Under the pieces are notes generated by a model, which saw only the letters and a program-made list of their open reading frames with translations, made no database searches and was not told the DNA's origin. A program made the position numbers and the translations under genes. This document shows, in pieces, positions 1 through 11,097 of a DNA stretch of 53,206 nt (the stretch's first letter is position 1; the number at the start of each line of letters is the position of its first letter). The stretch is taken from the NCBI GenBank assembly GCA_964557495.1, contig CAZLBF010000120.1:1-53206 (forward strand), read 5' to 3'. The stretch comes from an uncultured Myxococcales bacterium (lineage in GTDB: Bacteria; Myxococcota_A; UBA9160; SZUA-336).

Positions 1-1028
1 GGAGCGGGCGCTTCATCCTCGGCCCCAACGTCCAGGCCTTTGAGAGCGAGGCGGCCGACTACCTCGGCGTGCGCCACGCCTTCGGGGTGAACTCGGGCAC
101 CGACGCGCTGGTGATCGGCCTGCGCGCGCTCGGGATCGGGCCGGGCGACGAGGTCATCACCTCGCCCTTCACCTACTTCGCGACGGCCGAGGCGGTCAGC
201 CTGATCGGCGCAAAGCCGGTGTTCGCCGACATCCGGCCCGACCTGTTCACGCTCGATCCGGCGCGGATCGAGGAGCGCATCACGCCGCGCACGCGCGCGA
301 TCATCCCGGTCCACCTGTTCGGACACCCCGCCGACATGCCCGCGATCTCGGCGATCGCGGAGCGGCACGACCTGCGCATCCTCGAGGACGCGGCGCAGGC
401 CTTCGGTGCCAGCGACCGCGGGCGCAAGCTGGGCAGCCTCGGAGACGTCGGGGCCTTCTCGTTCTACCCGACGAAGAACCTGGGCGCCTTTGGCGACGCC
501 GGAATGCTCGCCACCGACGACGACGCGGTGGCGGAGCGCGTGCGCCTGCTCCGAACGCACGGCTCGGTGCAGCGCGACGTGCACGATCGCCTGGGCTACG
601 CGTCGCGGCTCGACGAGATCCAGGCCGCGATCCTGCGCATCAAGCTCGCGCGCGTCGACGCGTGGAACGACGACCGGCGCAACGTCGCCCACACCTACGA
701 CCGGCGCCTGGCCGGAGTCGAGGGCATCCAGACGCCCGCCGCCGAGCCGGACGCCCGTCACGTCTACCACCAGTACACGATCCGCGTCGCCGGCGGCCGG
801 CGCGACGCGCTCGCCGCGGCGCTGGATCGCGCGGGGATCGGGAGCGCCGTCTACTACCGCGCGCCGATCCACCTCCTCGAGGTCTACGCCGGCGACTACC
901 CGCCGATGCCCGAGGCGGAGGCGGCGACCGGCGAGGTGCTGAGCCTGCCGATCGGCCCCTTCCTCGACTCGGAGAGCGTGGACCGCGTGGTCGACGCGAT
1001 CCGCTCGTTCATGGAGAAGCCCGCCTAG
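1..1028 (+). CDS. DegT/DnrJ/EryC1/StrS-family PLP-dependent sugar aminotransferase (5' end truncated by window edge)
   Basis: The frame is open from base 3 (SGRFILGPNVQAFESEAADYLGVRHAFGVNSGTDAL...), upstream of the ORF-track start at 69. Family-typical motifs are present: VITSPFTYFATAEA, IIPVHLFGHPADM, FSFYPTKNLGAFGDAG. Confidence 0.9.
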   Translation, partial: SGRFILGPNVQAFESEAADYLGVRHAFGVNSGTDALVIGLRALGIGPGDEVITSPFTYFATAEAVSLIGAKPVFADIRPDLFTLDPARIEERITPRTRAIIPVHLFGHPADMPAISAIAERHDLRILEDAAQAFGASDRGRKLGSLGDVGAFSFYPTKNLGAFGDAGMLATDDDAVAERVRLLRTHGSVQRDVHDRLGYASRLDEIQAAILRIKLARVDAWNDDRRNVAHTYDRRLAGVEGIQTPAAEPDARHVYHQYTIRVAGGRRDALAAALDRAGIGSAVYYRAPIHLLEVYAGDYPPMPEAEAATGEVLSLPIGPFLDSESVDRVVDAIRSFMEKPA

Positions 1029-1429
1029 CGGCCGAGGGTTCGCAGGCGGGCGACGGCACGGGCGGCCTCCGCCTGCAGGAGCGCGAGCTGATCGGGCGAG
1101 GTGGTCGGCTCCGCCGCGCGCAGGCCCTCTTCGGCGCGGGTGCGCGCGGACTCGGCGCGGTCTGCGTCGATCTCGTCGGCCGGCTCGGCGGTGCGCGCGA
1201 GCAGCGTCACGTGCTCCTGTGTCACCTCGGCGAAGCCGCCGGAGGTCGCGACCCGCTGCTCGCTCCCGGCCGCAATGTACGAGACGACGCCCGCGGCCAC
1301 CGGAGCCAGAAAGGGCTCGTGGCTCGGGAGCACTCCGAACTCCCCCTCGCTTCCGGGGACGACCAGGGAGTCCACCTCGAGGTCGACCACCGGCCGCTCG
1401 GGTGTGACGATGCTGAGCCGGAACGGCAT
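1025..1429 (-). CDS. atpC: F-type ATP synthase epsilon subunit
   Basis: 134 aa. The N-terminus is epsilon-like (MPFRLSIVTPERPV...VPGSEGEFGVLPSHEP). It sits last in the F1 gene order after atpD. Confidence 0.93.
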   Translation of the reverse strand: MPFRLSIVTPERPVVDLEVDSLVVPGSEGEFGVLPSHEPFLAPVAAGVVSYIAAGSEQRVATSGGFAEVTQEHVTLLARTAEPADEIDADRAESARTRAEEGLRAAEPTTSPDQLALLQAEAARAVARLRTLGR

Positions 1430-1431
1430 AG

Positions 1432-3737
<2,306 letters not shown>

Positions 3738-3743
3738 GGGGAG

Positions 3744-5282
3744 CTACTCGGACGCGTCGCTCGACTGGAAGCTCGCGGCGAAGGCATCCAGGGCCGCCTC
3801 GAGCTTCGGGATCAGCTCGTCCGAGAGCTTCCCGCTCGAACGGATCTCGTCGAGGATCTGCGAGTGACGCGTCTCCATGAACTGGATCAGCTCGCCCGCA
3901 AAGCGCTCCACGTCGTCGACGGGCACCTTGCGCACCCACGAGTCGCGCTCCTGCTGCGGGGTGGCGGCGTAGATCTGCACGACCTGGTGCTCGACCGGGA
4001 GCGGCGCGTACTGCGGCTGGCGCAGCACCATAGTGAGCCGCTCGCCGTTCGCCAGCTGCTCCTGCGTCGCCCTGTCGAGGTCGCTCCCGAACTGCGAGAA
4101 GGCCTCGACCTCGCGGTACTGGGCCAGCTCGAGCTTCAGACCGCCGGCGGCGGTCCGCATCGCCCGCACCTGCGCGTTGCCGCCGACGCGCGAGACCGAG
4201 ATCCCCACGTTCATGGCGGGGCGCTGACCGGCGTTGAAGAGGTCGGTCTCGAGGAAGATCTGGCCGTCGGTGATCGAAATGACGTTGGTCGGGATGTAGT
4301 CCGACACGTCGCCGGCCTGCGTCTCGATGATCGGGAGCGCCGTGAGACTGCCTCCGCCGTGCGCGTCGCTCATCTTCGCGGCGCGCTCGAGCAGGCGCGA
4401 GTGCAGGTAGAAGACGTCGCCCGGGTAGGCCTGGCGACCGGGCGGGCGCCGCAGCAGCAGCGCCAGCTGCCGGTACGACGTGGCCTGCTTGGAGAGATCG
4501 TCGTAGATGATCAGAGCGTGCTTGCCGTTGTCGCGGTACCACTCGCCGATCGTGCAGCCGGCGTAGGGTGAGATGTACTGGAGCGGTGCCGGGTCGGCGG
4601 CGGGAGCGGCGACCACGGTCGTGTAGGCCATGGCGCCGTGCTCGCGCAGCTTCTCGATCACCTGCGCGATCGTCGACTGCTTCTGTCCGATCGCGACGTA
4701 GATGCAGTTCACGTCGGTCTCGCGCTGGTTGATGATCGTGTCGATGGCGATCGCCGTCTTGCCCGTCTGGCGGTCTCCGATGATGAGCTCGCGCTGGCCG
4801 CGCCCGATCGGCGTCATCGCGTCGATCGCCTTGATGCCGGTCTGGAGCGGCTCCTTCACCGGCTGCCGCGAGATGATCCCGGGAGCCTTGATCTCGACGC
4901 GGCGGGTCTCGGTCGAGGCGATCGGCCCCTTGCCGTCGATCGGCTGGCCGAGCGCGTTGACGACGCGGCCGCCCATCGCCTCGCCGACCGGGACGCGGAG
5001 GATCTCGCCGGTGCGGCGGACCAGGTCCCCCTCGCGGATGTGAACGTCCTCGCCCATGACGGCGACGCCGACGTTGTCCTCTTCGAGGTTCAGCACCAGC
5101 CCGCGGACCTCGCCCGGGAACTCGACGAGCTCGCCGGCCATCGCCTGATCGAGTCCCCAGACGCGCGCGATGCCGTCGCCGACCGACAGGACCGTGCCCG
5201 TCTCCGCGACGTCGATCTCGCGATCGTAGTCGCGGATCTGGCGTCGCAGGATGTCGCTGATCTCGGCGGCCTTGATCTTCAT
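3744..5282 (-). CDS. atpA: F-type ATP synthase alpha subunit
   Basis: 512 aa with P-loop [11 protein letters not shown]. Alpha-subunit conservation runs throughout. Confidence 0.98.
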   Translation of the reverse strand: MKIKAAEISDILRRQIRDYDREIDVAETGTVLSVGDGIARVWGLDQAMAGELVEFPGEVRGLVLNLEEDNVGVAVMGEDVHIREGDLVRRTGEILRVPVGEAMGGRVVNALGQPIDGKGPIASTETRRVEIKAPGIISRQPVKEPLQTGIKAIDAMTPIGRGQRELIIGDRQTGKTAIAIDTIINQRETDVNCIYVAIGQKQSTIAQVIEKLREHGAMAYTTVVAAPAADPAPLQYISPYAGCTIGEWYRDNGKHALIIYDDLSKQATSYRQLALLLRRPPGRQAYPGDVFYLHSRLLERAAKMSDAHGGGSLTALPIIETQAGDVSDYIPTNVISITDGQIFLETDLFNAGQRPAMNVGISVSRVGGNAQVRAMRTAAGGLKLELAQYREVEAFSQFGSDLDRATQEQLANGERLTMVLRQPQYAPLPVEHQVVQIYAATPQQERDSWVRKVPVDDVERFAGELIQFMETRHSQILDEIRSSGKLSDELIPKLEAALDAFAASFQSSDASE

Positions 5283-5827
5283 GCCGAATCCTTTCGTAGG
5301 CTAACCGCGAGGGACAGAAGCTGGGTGCGGACGCTGCCGTCGAGGAGGAGGTCGCCCACGCGTGCGACCAGGCCTCCGATCAGGCTCTCGTCGACCTCGA
5401 GCTCGACCCTGACCTCTGCACCGACCCGCTGTGCGAGGGCCGCGCGCACGCGCTCGACCTGCGCGTCGTCGAGGGGACGCGCCGACGTGACGAGGGCTTC
5501 CACGCGCCCGGCGGCGCGCTCGACGAGCGTTCGGAGCTCGTCGCGAATCTGGGGCATGTGCCGGGTCCGGTTCTCGTCGACGAGCAGCATCGCGAAGGCG
5601 CGCACCTCTGGAGACAGTCCGAGCCGCTCGGCGAGCTCGGCGATCACCCCGCGGCGCTCGGTGCGCGGGTGAAGCGGTGTGAAGACCGCGCGCTGCAGCT
5701 CGTCGCTCTCCTCGATCTGCTGCGTGAGGCCGTCGACCTGGGCGAGGAAGTCCGCGGCGGATCCCGTCTCGTCGCCGAGCCCGAACAGCGCGCGCGCGTA
5801 GCGTCGCGCGAGTGCTCCGCCCGCCAT
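5279..5827 (-). CDS. atpH: F-type ATP synthase delta (OSCP) subunit
   Basis: 182 aa with OSCP-like sequence. It lies between atpF and atpA and its stop overlaps the atpA start in ATGA. Confidence 0.9.
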   Translation of the reverse strand: MAGGALARRYARALFGLGDETGSAADFLAQVDGLTQQIEESDELQRAVFTPLHPRTERRGVIAELAERLGLSPEVRAFAMLLVDENRTRHMPQIRDELRTLVERAAGRVEALVTSARPLDDAQVERVRAALAQRVGAEVRVELEVDESLIGGLVARVGDLLLDGSVRTQLLSLAVSLRKDSA

Positions 5828-6402
5828 CAGCTCGACCCTCCCAGCCGCTCGATCACGTCTTCTACGAGGTGTCGATGGTCTTCGGACGTGAGGTTGCGCT
5901 GCACCAGGTCCGCTGCCAGCCGGGTCGCGAGCTCGGCCGCCTCGTTCCGGAGCTCGATGCGGGCCCGCTCGATCTCCTGGTCGGCCACCTTCCGCGCCTC
6001 GTCGGCGATGCGCTGCGCATTCGCCTCGGCGCGCTCCAGCGACCGGCGCCGCTCGGCCTCGGCCTGCTCCTCGGTGGCGCGCAGGATCTCGGCCGCCTCT
6101 TCCTCGATGTCCTCGAGGCGACCGCGCCAGCGCGCCAGCTCGGTCTCGGCGGCGTCGACGCGCGCCTCGGCCTCCTGGATGCTGGTCTGGATCTCGTGCC
6201 GGCGCTGCGCCATGAAGTTCCGCAGCGGCTGGCGGGTGAAGCGGATCAGGATCGCGACCAGGATGACGCCGTTCAGGATCTGGAGCCCGAGCAGCCAGAC
6301 GCTCGGGCCGTGGCCACCCTCCTCCGCGGCGAGCGCGGGCGACGCGACCAGGAGACTGGCCGCGATCAGGGGGACGGCGAATCCGCGAGCTCGCCCGGTC
6401 AC
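5827..6402 (-). CDS. atpF: F-type ATP synthase subunit b
   Basis: This is the C-terminal 191 codons of the 367-aa track ORF. One N-terminal TM helix is followed by a long charged coiled coil (EIQTSIQEAEARVDAAETELARWR...). I propose a GTG start at 6402, which overlaps the upstream b-prime stop as GTGA. Confidence 0.8.
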   Translation of the reverse strand: MTGRARGFAVPLIAASLLVASPALAAEEGGHGPSVWLLGLQILNGVILVAILIRFTRQPLRNFMAQRRHEIQTSIQEAEARVDAAETELARWRGRLEDIEEEAAEILRATEEQAEAERRRSLERAEANAQRIADEARKVADQEIERARIELRNEAAELATRLAADLVQRNLTSEDHRHLVEDVIERLGGSS

Positions 6403-6911
6403 AGCGTTCTCCCGAGTACCTTGGAGGCGGCCTCTCGCGCGAGCTCGCTGGCGTCGGCGCGCAGCGTCTGTCGAGCCGCCTGAAGCTCCGCGGCCACTCC
6501 GCTGCGAACCCGGTCGAGCGACTCTCCCGCCTCGCCGCGCGCCCGCTCCAGGGCCTGCTGGACCTCCGCCTCCCCCGCGCCGAGAACCTCGCCGCGGCGC
6601 TCGGCGGCCCGGGTCCGGACCTCGCGCAGTCGACCCTCGAACTCCCCGCGCAGCTCGGTCGCGTCGGCGAGGGTCGTCTGGGCGCGCTCGAGCGCCCCCA
6701 GCGTGCGGGCCTCGCGCTGCTCGAGCACCCGCACGAGCGGCTGCAGCAGCAGCTTGTTCACCGGGTAGATCAGCAGCGTGAAGACGAAGATGTTGAGGGC
6801 GAGCAGCTCGAAGCGGGGAAACAGGTTCAGGCCCGCGGCGGCGGCCGCGGTTCCCGGAACTGCGAGTCCGAGCGCGACGATCGCGAGTGTTTGGGGGTTG
6901 ACGACTCGCAA
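6399..6911 (-). CDS. atpF2: F-type ATP synthase subunit b-prime (second b-type stator subunit)
   Basis: 170 aa with one TM helix (LLALNIFVFTLLIYPVNKLLLQPL) followed by a charged helix. TTG start, with GAGAGG 5-6 nt upstream. Confidence 0.8.
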   Translation of the reverse strand: MRVVNPQTLAIVALGLAVPGTAAAAAGLNLFPRFELLALNIFVFTLLIYPVNKLLLQPLVRVLEQREARTLGALERAQTTLADATELRGEFEGRLREVRTRAAERRGEVLGAGEAEVQQALERARGEAGESLDRVRSGVAAELQAARQTLRADASELAREAASKVLGRTL

Positions 6912-7124
6912 GGTGACCTCTCGAGCTCACATCACGTTCAGCGACCGTGCCATTGAGAACGACCCGACCCCGCCTGCGCAGGACGGCTCAGCGAGCGGCC
7001 GCCTCCAGCTCCGCGGCGCGTCATCGTCCGCGGCGGCCTCGGAAGGGGTGGCTGACGGAGTGTCTCAGGAATGCGTTCGAACAGTGGCCAGGCCGGCGCG
7101 AGTATCGCAAAGAAGCGGTCCAAT

Positions 7125-7463
7125 TCAAGTTGCCGGCGCGCTCTCTCCCATCTCGATTTCGGCAGACAGGAATGCGCCCTCGGCGACCTGGAGCTTGGGC
7201 GTAACCAGGCGGCCTTCCAGGCGCGCACCGGCGGCGATCTCGACCCCGCTCTTGGCGCGAACCTCGCCGCGCAGACGCCCTTCGACGATCAGTCGGTCGA
7301 CGTTGATGTTGGCCTCGGCGACTCCGCTCTTCGCGATCACGAGCGTGCCGTCGCCGTGGACCTCGCCCCGCGCCGTCCCCTCGATGCGGGCGTCGCCCTG
7401 GAACAGGATCTTGCCCTCGAAGCTCGCGCCCCGGCCAATCACGCACGGCTGCGCTTCCGTCAT
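7125..7463 (-). CDS. Bactofilin (polymer-forming cytoskeletal protein, DUF583)
   Basis: 112 aa. It has the repetitive beta-helix pattern typical of bactofilins (IGRGASFEGKILFQGDARIEGTARGEVHGDGTLVIAKSGVAEANINVDRLIVEGRLRGEV...). The start overlaps the parB stop in ATGA (7460-7463). Confidence 0.85.
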   Translation of the reverse strand: MTEAQPCVIGRGASFEGKILFQGDARIEGTARGEVHGDGTLVIAKSGVAEANINVDRLIVEGRLRGEVRAKSGVEIAAGARLEGRLVTPKLQVAEGAFLSAEIEMGESAPAT

Positions 7464-8383
7464 GCTGAACCCTCCAGGAGCATCTCGGACAGGCGATCGA
7501 GCTCGGATGCTCCGTGGTACTGGAGCTCGATGCGGCCGCGGTCGGGGCGGCCGACGATCCGGACCCGGGTCTGTAGCGCCCGGCGCAGCCGATCCTCGAG
7601 ATCGACGACGTGAACATCGCGCGACGGACCTTGACGCGGCTTCTTTGACGCTGCGTTAGACGCAGCGCGTCGACAGAGATCCTCCGAGGCGCGCACGCTC
7701 AGGCCCCCGCGCACGATCTGATCGCGCAACATGACGCGTTGCGTCTCCGGAGCCTGGAGAATCGCCTTCGCGTGCCCCAGGGTCAGGCGCTGATCGATCA
7801 GATCCTGCTGGATCTGAGGAGAAAGGTCGAGCATTCTCAGGTGGTTAGAGACGGTCGACCGATCGAGTCCGACCCGCCGGCCGACATCCTCCTGCGTCAT
7901 CTCCTCCTCGTTCACCAGCGCCCGGAAGGCCTCGGCGAGCTCGACGGGGTTGAGGTCGGCCCGCTGCACGTTCTCGACGAGCGCCATCTCGAGGATCGCG
8001 CGATCGGTGGCGTCGAGAACGACTGCGGGAACCTCCTCGAGGCCGGCGATCTGTGAGGCCCGCCAGCGCCGCTCGCCGATGATCAGCTCGTAGCCGTCGC
8101 CCCGCTCCCGGACCACCAGTGGCTGCAGCACTCCCTGCTCCCGGATGGAAGCGGCCAGGGTGGCGATCTCGGCGTCGTTGAAGTGCTTGCGGGGCTGACG
8201 CGGATTGGGCGCGATGCGGGCGATCGCGATGTAGAGCGGGGCGCCGAGGATCTGGAGGTCCTCCTCCGGCTCCACGGCCTCTACGGCCCTCGGAGCCTCC
8301 TCGGCAGGGGCTCGCTCGGACGGCAGGTCCGACTTCGAGATCAGCGCGGAGAGTCCGCGGCCCAGCGCTTTACGCGTCGCCAT
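7460..8383 (-). CDS. parB: Chromosome partitioning protein ParB/Spo0J
   Basis: 307 aa with the ParB-box GERRWRAS motif and an HTH region (TQEDVGRRVGLDRSTVSNHLR). Confidence 0.96.
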   Translation of the reverse strand: MATRKALGRGLSALISKSDLPSERAPAEEAPRAVEAVEPEEDLQILGAPLYIAIARIAPNPRQPRKHFNDAEIATLAASIREQGVLQPLVVRERGDGYELIIGERRWRASQIAGLEEVPAVVLDATDRAILEMALVENVQRADLNPVELAEAFRALVNEEEMTQEDVGRRVGLDRSTVSNHLRMLDLSPQIQQDLIDQRLTLGHAKAILQAPETQRVMLRDQIVRGGLSVRASEDLCRRAASNAASKKPRQGPSRDVHVVDLEDRLRRALQTRVRIVGRPDRGRIELQYHGASELDRLSEMLLEGSA

Positions 8384-9146
8384 CTCGGATCCTTTCCAGC
8401 AGCTCCTCCGCCAGGCGGAGGTAGCTCATGGCTCCCTTGGAGTTGATGTCGTACAGCAGGGCCGGCTTGCCGTGGCTCGGCGCCTCGGAGAGCCGGACGT
8501 TGCGGGGAATGGCGGTCCGGAAGACGAGGTCTCCGAAGTGGTCGCGCGCCTCGCTCGCGACCTGCGCCGACAGGTTGTTCCGGATGTCGTACATGGTGAG
8601 CAGCAGCCCCTCGACGGCCAGCTCCCGATTCAGCTCGTCGCGCACCAGATCGACGGTCTGCAGCAGCTTGGCGAGACCTTCGAGCGCGAGATACTCGCAC
8701 TGGAGGGGGACCAGGATGGAGTCGGCCGCGACCAGCGCGTTCAAGGTCAGGATTCCCAGCGACGGTGGAGAGTCGATCAGGACGACCCGGTAGGAGTCTC
8801 GGATCGAGGTGAGCCGGTCTCTGAGCCGGTGCTCCCGGCCCGGCACGGGAGCGAGCTCGATCTCGGCACCGACCAGATCGGTCGAGGAGGGGAGCAGGTG
8901 CAGGCACTCCAGCTGGGTCTCGAGCGTCAGCTCCTTCAGATCCGCACCGTCGATCAGGGCCTCGTAGACGCCCCGCTCCACGTCTCCGGGGAGGTATCCC
9001 AGGCTCGAGGTCGCGTTCGCCTGTGGATCCAGGTCGATGAGCAGCGTCCGGCACTCCGCCGCCGCGAGCGAAGCCCCGAGGTTCACCGCGGTGGTCGTCT
9101 TCCCGACTCCGCCCTTCTGATTCGCGACCGCGATGACCCGTGCCAT
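8370..9146 (-). CDS. parA: Chromosome partitioning ATPase ParA/Soj
   Basis: 258 aa with the deviant Walker A motif NQKGGVGKTTTAVNL. Confidence 0.96.
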   Translation of the reverse strand: MARVIAVANQKGGVGKTTTAVNLGASLAAAECRTLLIDLDPQANATSSLGYLPGDVERGVYEALIDGADLKELTLETQLECLHLLPSSTDLVGAEIELAPVPGREHRLRDRLTSIRDSYRVVLIDSPPSLGILTLNALVAADSILVPLQCEYLALEGLAKLLQTVDLVRDELNRELAVEGLLLTMYDIRNNLSAQVASEARDHFGDLVFRTAIPRNVRLSEAPSHGKPALLYDINSKGAMSYLRLAEELLERIRDGDA

Positions 9147-9284
9147 GCGCCTCTCAGCCAGCCCGGGAGACGGCGGGCCACGCCCCCCTGCTCCCGGGGC
9201 GCGCCGCCCGGCGCGCGGAGCTTCAAGCGGGGGACGTGGATTCCGGCTCTCACACCCGTCTGGACGCCGCCAAGTCTAATACAG

Positions 9285-9300
9285 AGTTCCACGTGAAAAA
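9285..9300. promoter_or_regulatory. Degenerate parS-like site (AGTTCCACGTGAAAAA)
   Basis: 13 of 16 positions match TGTTTCACGTGAAACA, or 14 of 16 against TGTTNCACGTGAAACA. The central CACGTG palindrome is intact. The site lies in the rsmG-parA spacer. Confidence 0.5.
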
Positions 9301-9340
9301 ACAGAACAAGCGGGATCACGCGCATCTTTTGTGCGGCAGA

Positions 9341-9409
9341 CGTGGAAACTCGGCGTTCCACGGGGCACGCGCGCTCAGCTCAGGTCAGCGCGGTGTTCCA
9401 CGGGGCACG
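9341..9409. repeat. parS-half-site-like repeats: CGTGGAAAC (9341-9349) inverted against GTTCCACG (9355-9362), and a 15-nt direct repeat GTTCCACGGGGCACG at 9355-9369 and 9395-9409
   Basis: Read directly from the sequence. The two 15-mers are identical and 40 bp apart. The second copy lies inside the last codons of rsmG. Confidence 0.6.
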
Positions 9410-10017
9410 TTCGCCGCCGGCACGCGCAGAATGCGACCGCGCTCTCCGAGCGGGATCTCGCCCGCTCCCAGGCGCAGATCCGCGGACAGCGAGTCGAGCG
9501 TCTCGCGCGTCCAGATCCAGATCTCGCCGTCGGACGCCGTCCAGAAGCGGCCCAGCTTCAGGGACTCCCGGACGTTCGCAACGGCGCGCAGGAGCGCGAC
9601 GGCGCACTCGGAATCGGGCGGAGGATCCTCGATCCGCACGCGCAGGATCTCGCACGCGAGCGGCAGCGCGCGGGCCACGTGCCGGAGGAAGTGAACCCGA
9701 CGCTCGCGGATCTCGACGAGCGTCACCCGGAGATCGGGCCGCGCGATCGCGACCGGCACACCCGGAAGCCCGGCCCCGGAGCCCAGGTCGACCACGTGCG
9801 CCCCTCGAGGCAGCGCCTCCGCCGCGGCCAGCGCGTCATCGAGGTGCCGGCGGATCGCCGCCGGCTCCGTGGAGCCCACCAGGTTGATCCGGCTGCCCCA
9901 GCTCGCCAGCTCCTCGGCGTAGCGGGCGAGGCGCCGTTCCACGTCGGCGGACCACTCCCGGGCCTGTGGCGTCCCGCGCTTCGCCCGTCGGGGCTTCGGG
10001 GCGTCGGCGCTGGACAC
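9385..10017 (-). CDS. rsmG: 16S rRNA (guanine527-N7)-methyltransferase RsmG/GidB
   Basis: This is the C-terminal 210 codons of the 326-aa track ORF, with SAM-binding motif VVDLGSGAGLPGVPVAI. I propose a GTG start at 10017, 4 nt after the jag stop. The exact start is uncertain. Confidence 0.85.
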   Translation of the reverse strand: MSSADAPKPRRAKRGTPQAREWSADVERRLARYAEELASWGSRINLVGSTEPAAIRRHLDDALAAAEALPRGAHVVDLGSGAGLPGVPVAIARPDLRVTLVEIRERRVHFLRHVARALPLACEILRVRIEDPPPDSECAVALLRAVANVRESLKLGRFWTASDGEIWIWTRETLDSLSADLRLGAGEIPLGERGRILRVPAANVPRGTPR

Positions 10018-10021
10018 CGGG

Positions 10022-11017
10022 TCAGTCCGGAAGGATCTTGACGCGCTTCTCCGAGCCCTCTCCGGTGCTCTCGCTCTTGACGCCCGCCAGCTCGCGCAGC
10101 GAGTTGTGCACGAGCCAGCGTTCTCTGGAGCTGAGCGGTTCGGTCTCGCGGGGCTCGCCCGACTCGACGACGCCGTTCGCCAGCTCTCGCACCTCGATGA
10201 GCAAACGCTCCTCTTCGGGCTCGAGCTCGATCTCCTCCTCCGCCCCGTCGAGGTCCACGCGCACCCGAATGTCGGGCTCCGTGTACTTCTGAGCCGCGCG
10301 TCCGGCCAGGTGCGTGAGCGCCGCCCCGATTCGAGAATCACGACGCAGCAGCTCCCGGACCCCATCGCCCTGGGCCGAGATCACGATTCGCCCCTCGCCG
10401 ATCTCCTCGCTGTACTCCACCCCTTCGTCGATCCCCATGCGCTGGATCACGCCTGCGACGAAGTTGCCCGTCGGGCTCAGGTGGGGAAGCTCCCTGGGCT
10501 CCGGCCTGGGGCCTCGCTCGGACGCCGCTCGCTCGGGGGCGCGATCGCGGTCGCGATCCCTGTCCCCGTCGCGATCCCGATCCCCGTCGCGGTCCCGGTC
10601 CCGCCCGCGCCCTCGGTCCCGGTCCCGGTCGCGATCTCGGCCCCGGCCGCCGTCTCGCGGGCCGTCGCGGCTCGAGCCCCGACCTCGCGCCTCGCTCCCG
10701 CCGCGGCCTCGGCCGCGGTCCCGATCCCTGCCGCGGTCCCTATCTCTGTCCCTGTCCCTGCCGCGGTCCCTGTCCCTGCCGCGGTCCCTCCCGCGATCGC
10801 GATCTCCGTCCCGGTCGCGACGCGGCGAAGGGTCGGCGGCGGGCTCCCCCGAGCCCCCGCGGACTCGCGCGAGCACCATGACTCGCCCCGAGAGCCCGGC
10901 GGTCGTCTCGTCCAGCTCGCGGAGGTCCAGCTCTCCCGCAGAGACGCCGAAGTGGCTCGCCGCCGCCTCGACTGCGGCCTCGCGACTCTCGGCGACGAAT
11001 TCCTTCATTTCATCCAT
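10022..11017 (-). CDS. jag: Jag/KhpB RNA-binding protein (Jag_N, KH and R3H domains) with a long Arg-Asp repeat linker
   Basis: 331 aa. The Jag_N-like N-terminus, KH-like core (FVAGVIQRMGID...) and R3H-like C-terminus (EPLSSRERWLVHNSLRE) are all present, and the gene sits in the canonical position after yidC. Confidence 0.85.
   Translation of the reverse strand: MDEMKEFVAESREAAVEAAASHFGVSAGELDLRELDETTAGLSGRVMVLARVRGGSGEPAADPSPRRDRDGDRDRGRDRGRDRDRGRDRDRDRDRGRDRDRGRGRGGSEARGRGSSRDGPRDGGRGRDRDRDRDRGRGRDRDRDGDRDRDGDRDRDRDRAPERAASERGPRPEPRELPHLSPTGNFVAGVIQRMGIDEGVEYSEEIGEGRIVISAQGDGVRELLRRDSRIGAALTHLAGRAAQKYTEPDIRVRVDLDGAEEEIELEPEEERLLIEVRELANGVVESGEPRETEPLSSRERWLVHNSLRELAGVKSESTGEGSEKRVKILPD
10541..10822 (-). 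repeat. In-frame hexanucleotide-type repeat encoding (RD)n / (RG)n low-complexity linker of Jag
   Basis: Residues 66-159 read RRDRDGDRDRGRDRGRDRDRGRDRDRDRDRGRDRDRGRGRG...GRGRDRDRDRDRGRGRDRDRDGDRDRDGDRDRDRDR. The DNA is a run of GTCCCG/GTCGCG-like hexamers. Confidence 0.9.
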
Positions 11018-11097
11018 TGCTTGGGTTCCTTCCAGCGTCGGCCCGCGCGGGACGAGGCTCCTCCGAAGAGCCTTCGCCGCGTCGCTCGGCCGGCAGG

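Noticed and set aside
1025-1028. Convergent DegT-family and atpC genes sharing overlapping stop codons in the palindrome CTAG
   Set aside because: It is real but trivial. This is a common consequence of compact convergent genes and needs no further functional claim.
5827-6930. 367-aa ORF treated as a single protein
   Set aside because: Only the C-terminal 191 codons look like ATP synthase subunit b. The N-terminal part is Arg/Gly/Pro-rich and overlaps the well-supported b-prime gene in another frame.
10520-10830. Highly repetitive DNA that might be taken for a CRISPR array or microsatellite locus
   Set aside because: The repeat unit is about 6 nt with no spacers, stays in frame, and lies inside the jag coding sequence. 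It encodes the RD/RG linker, not a CRISPR array.
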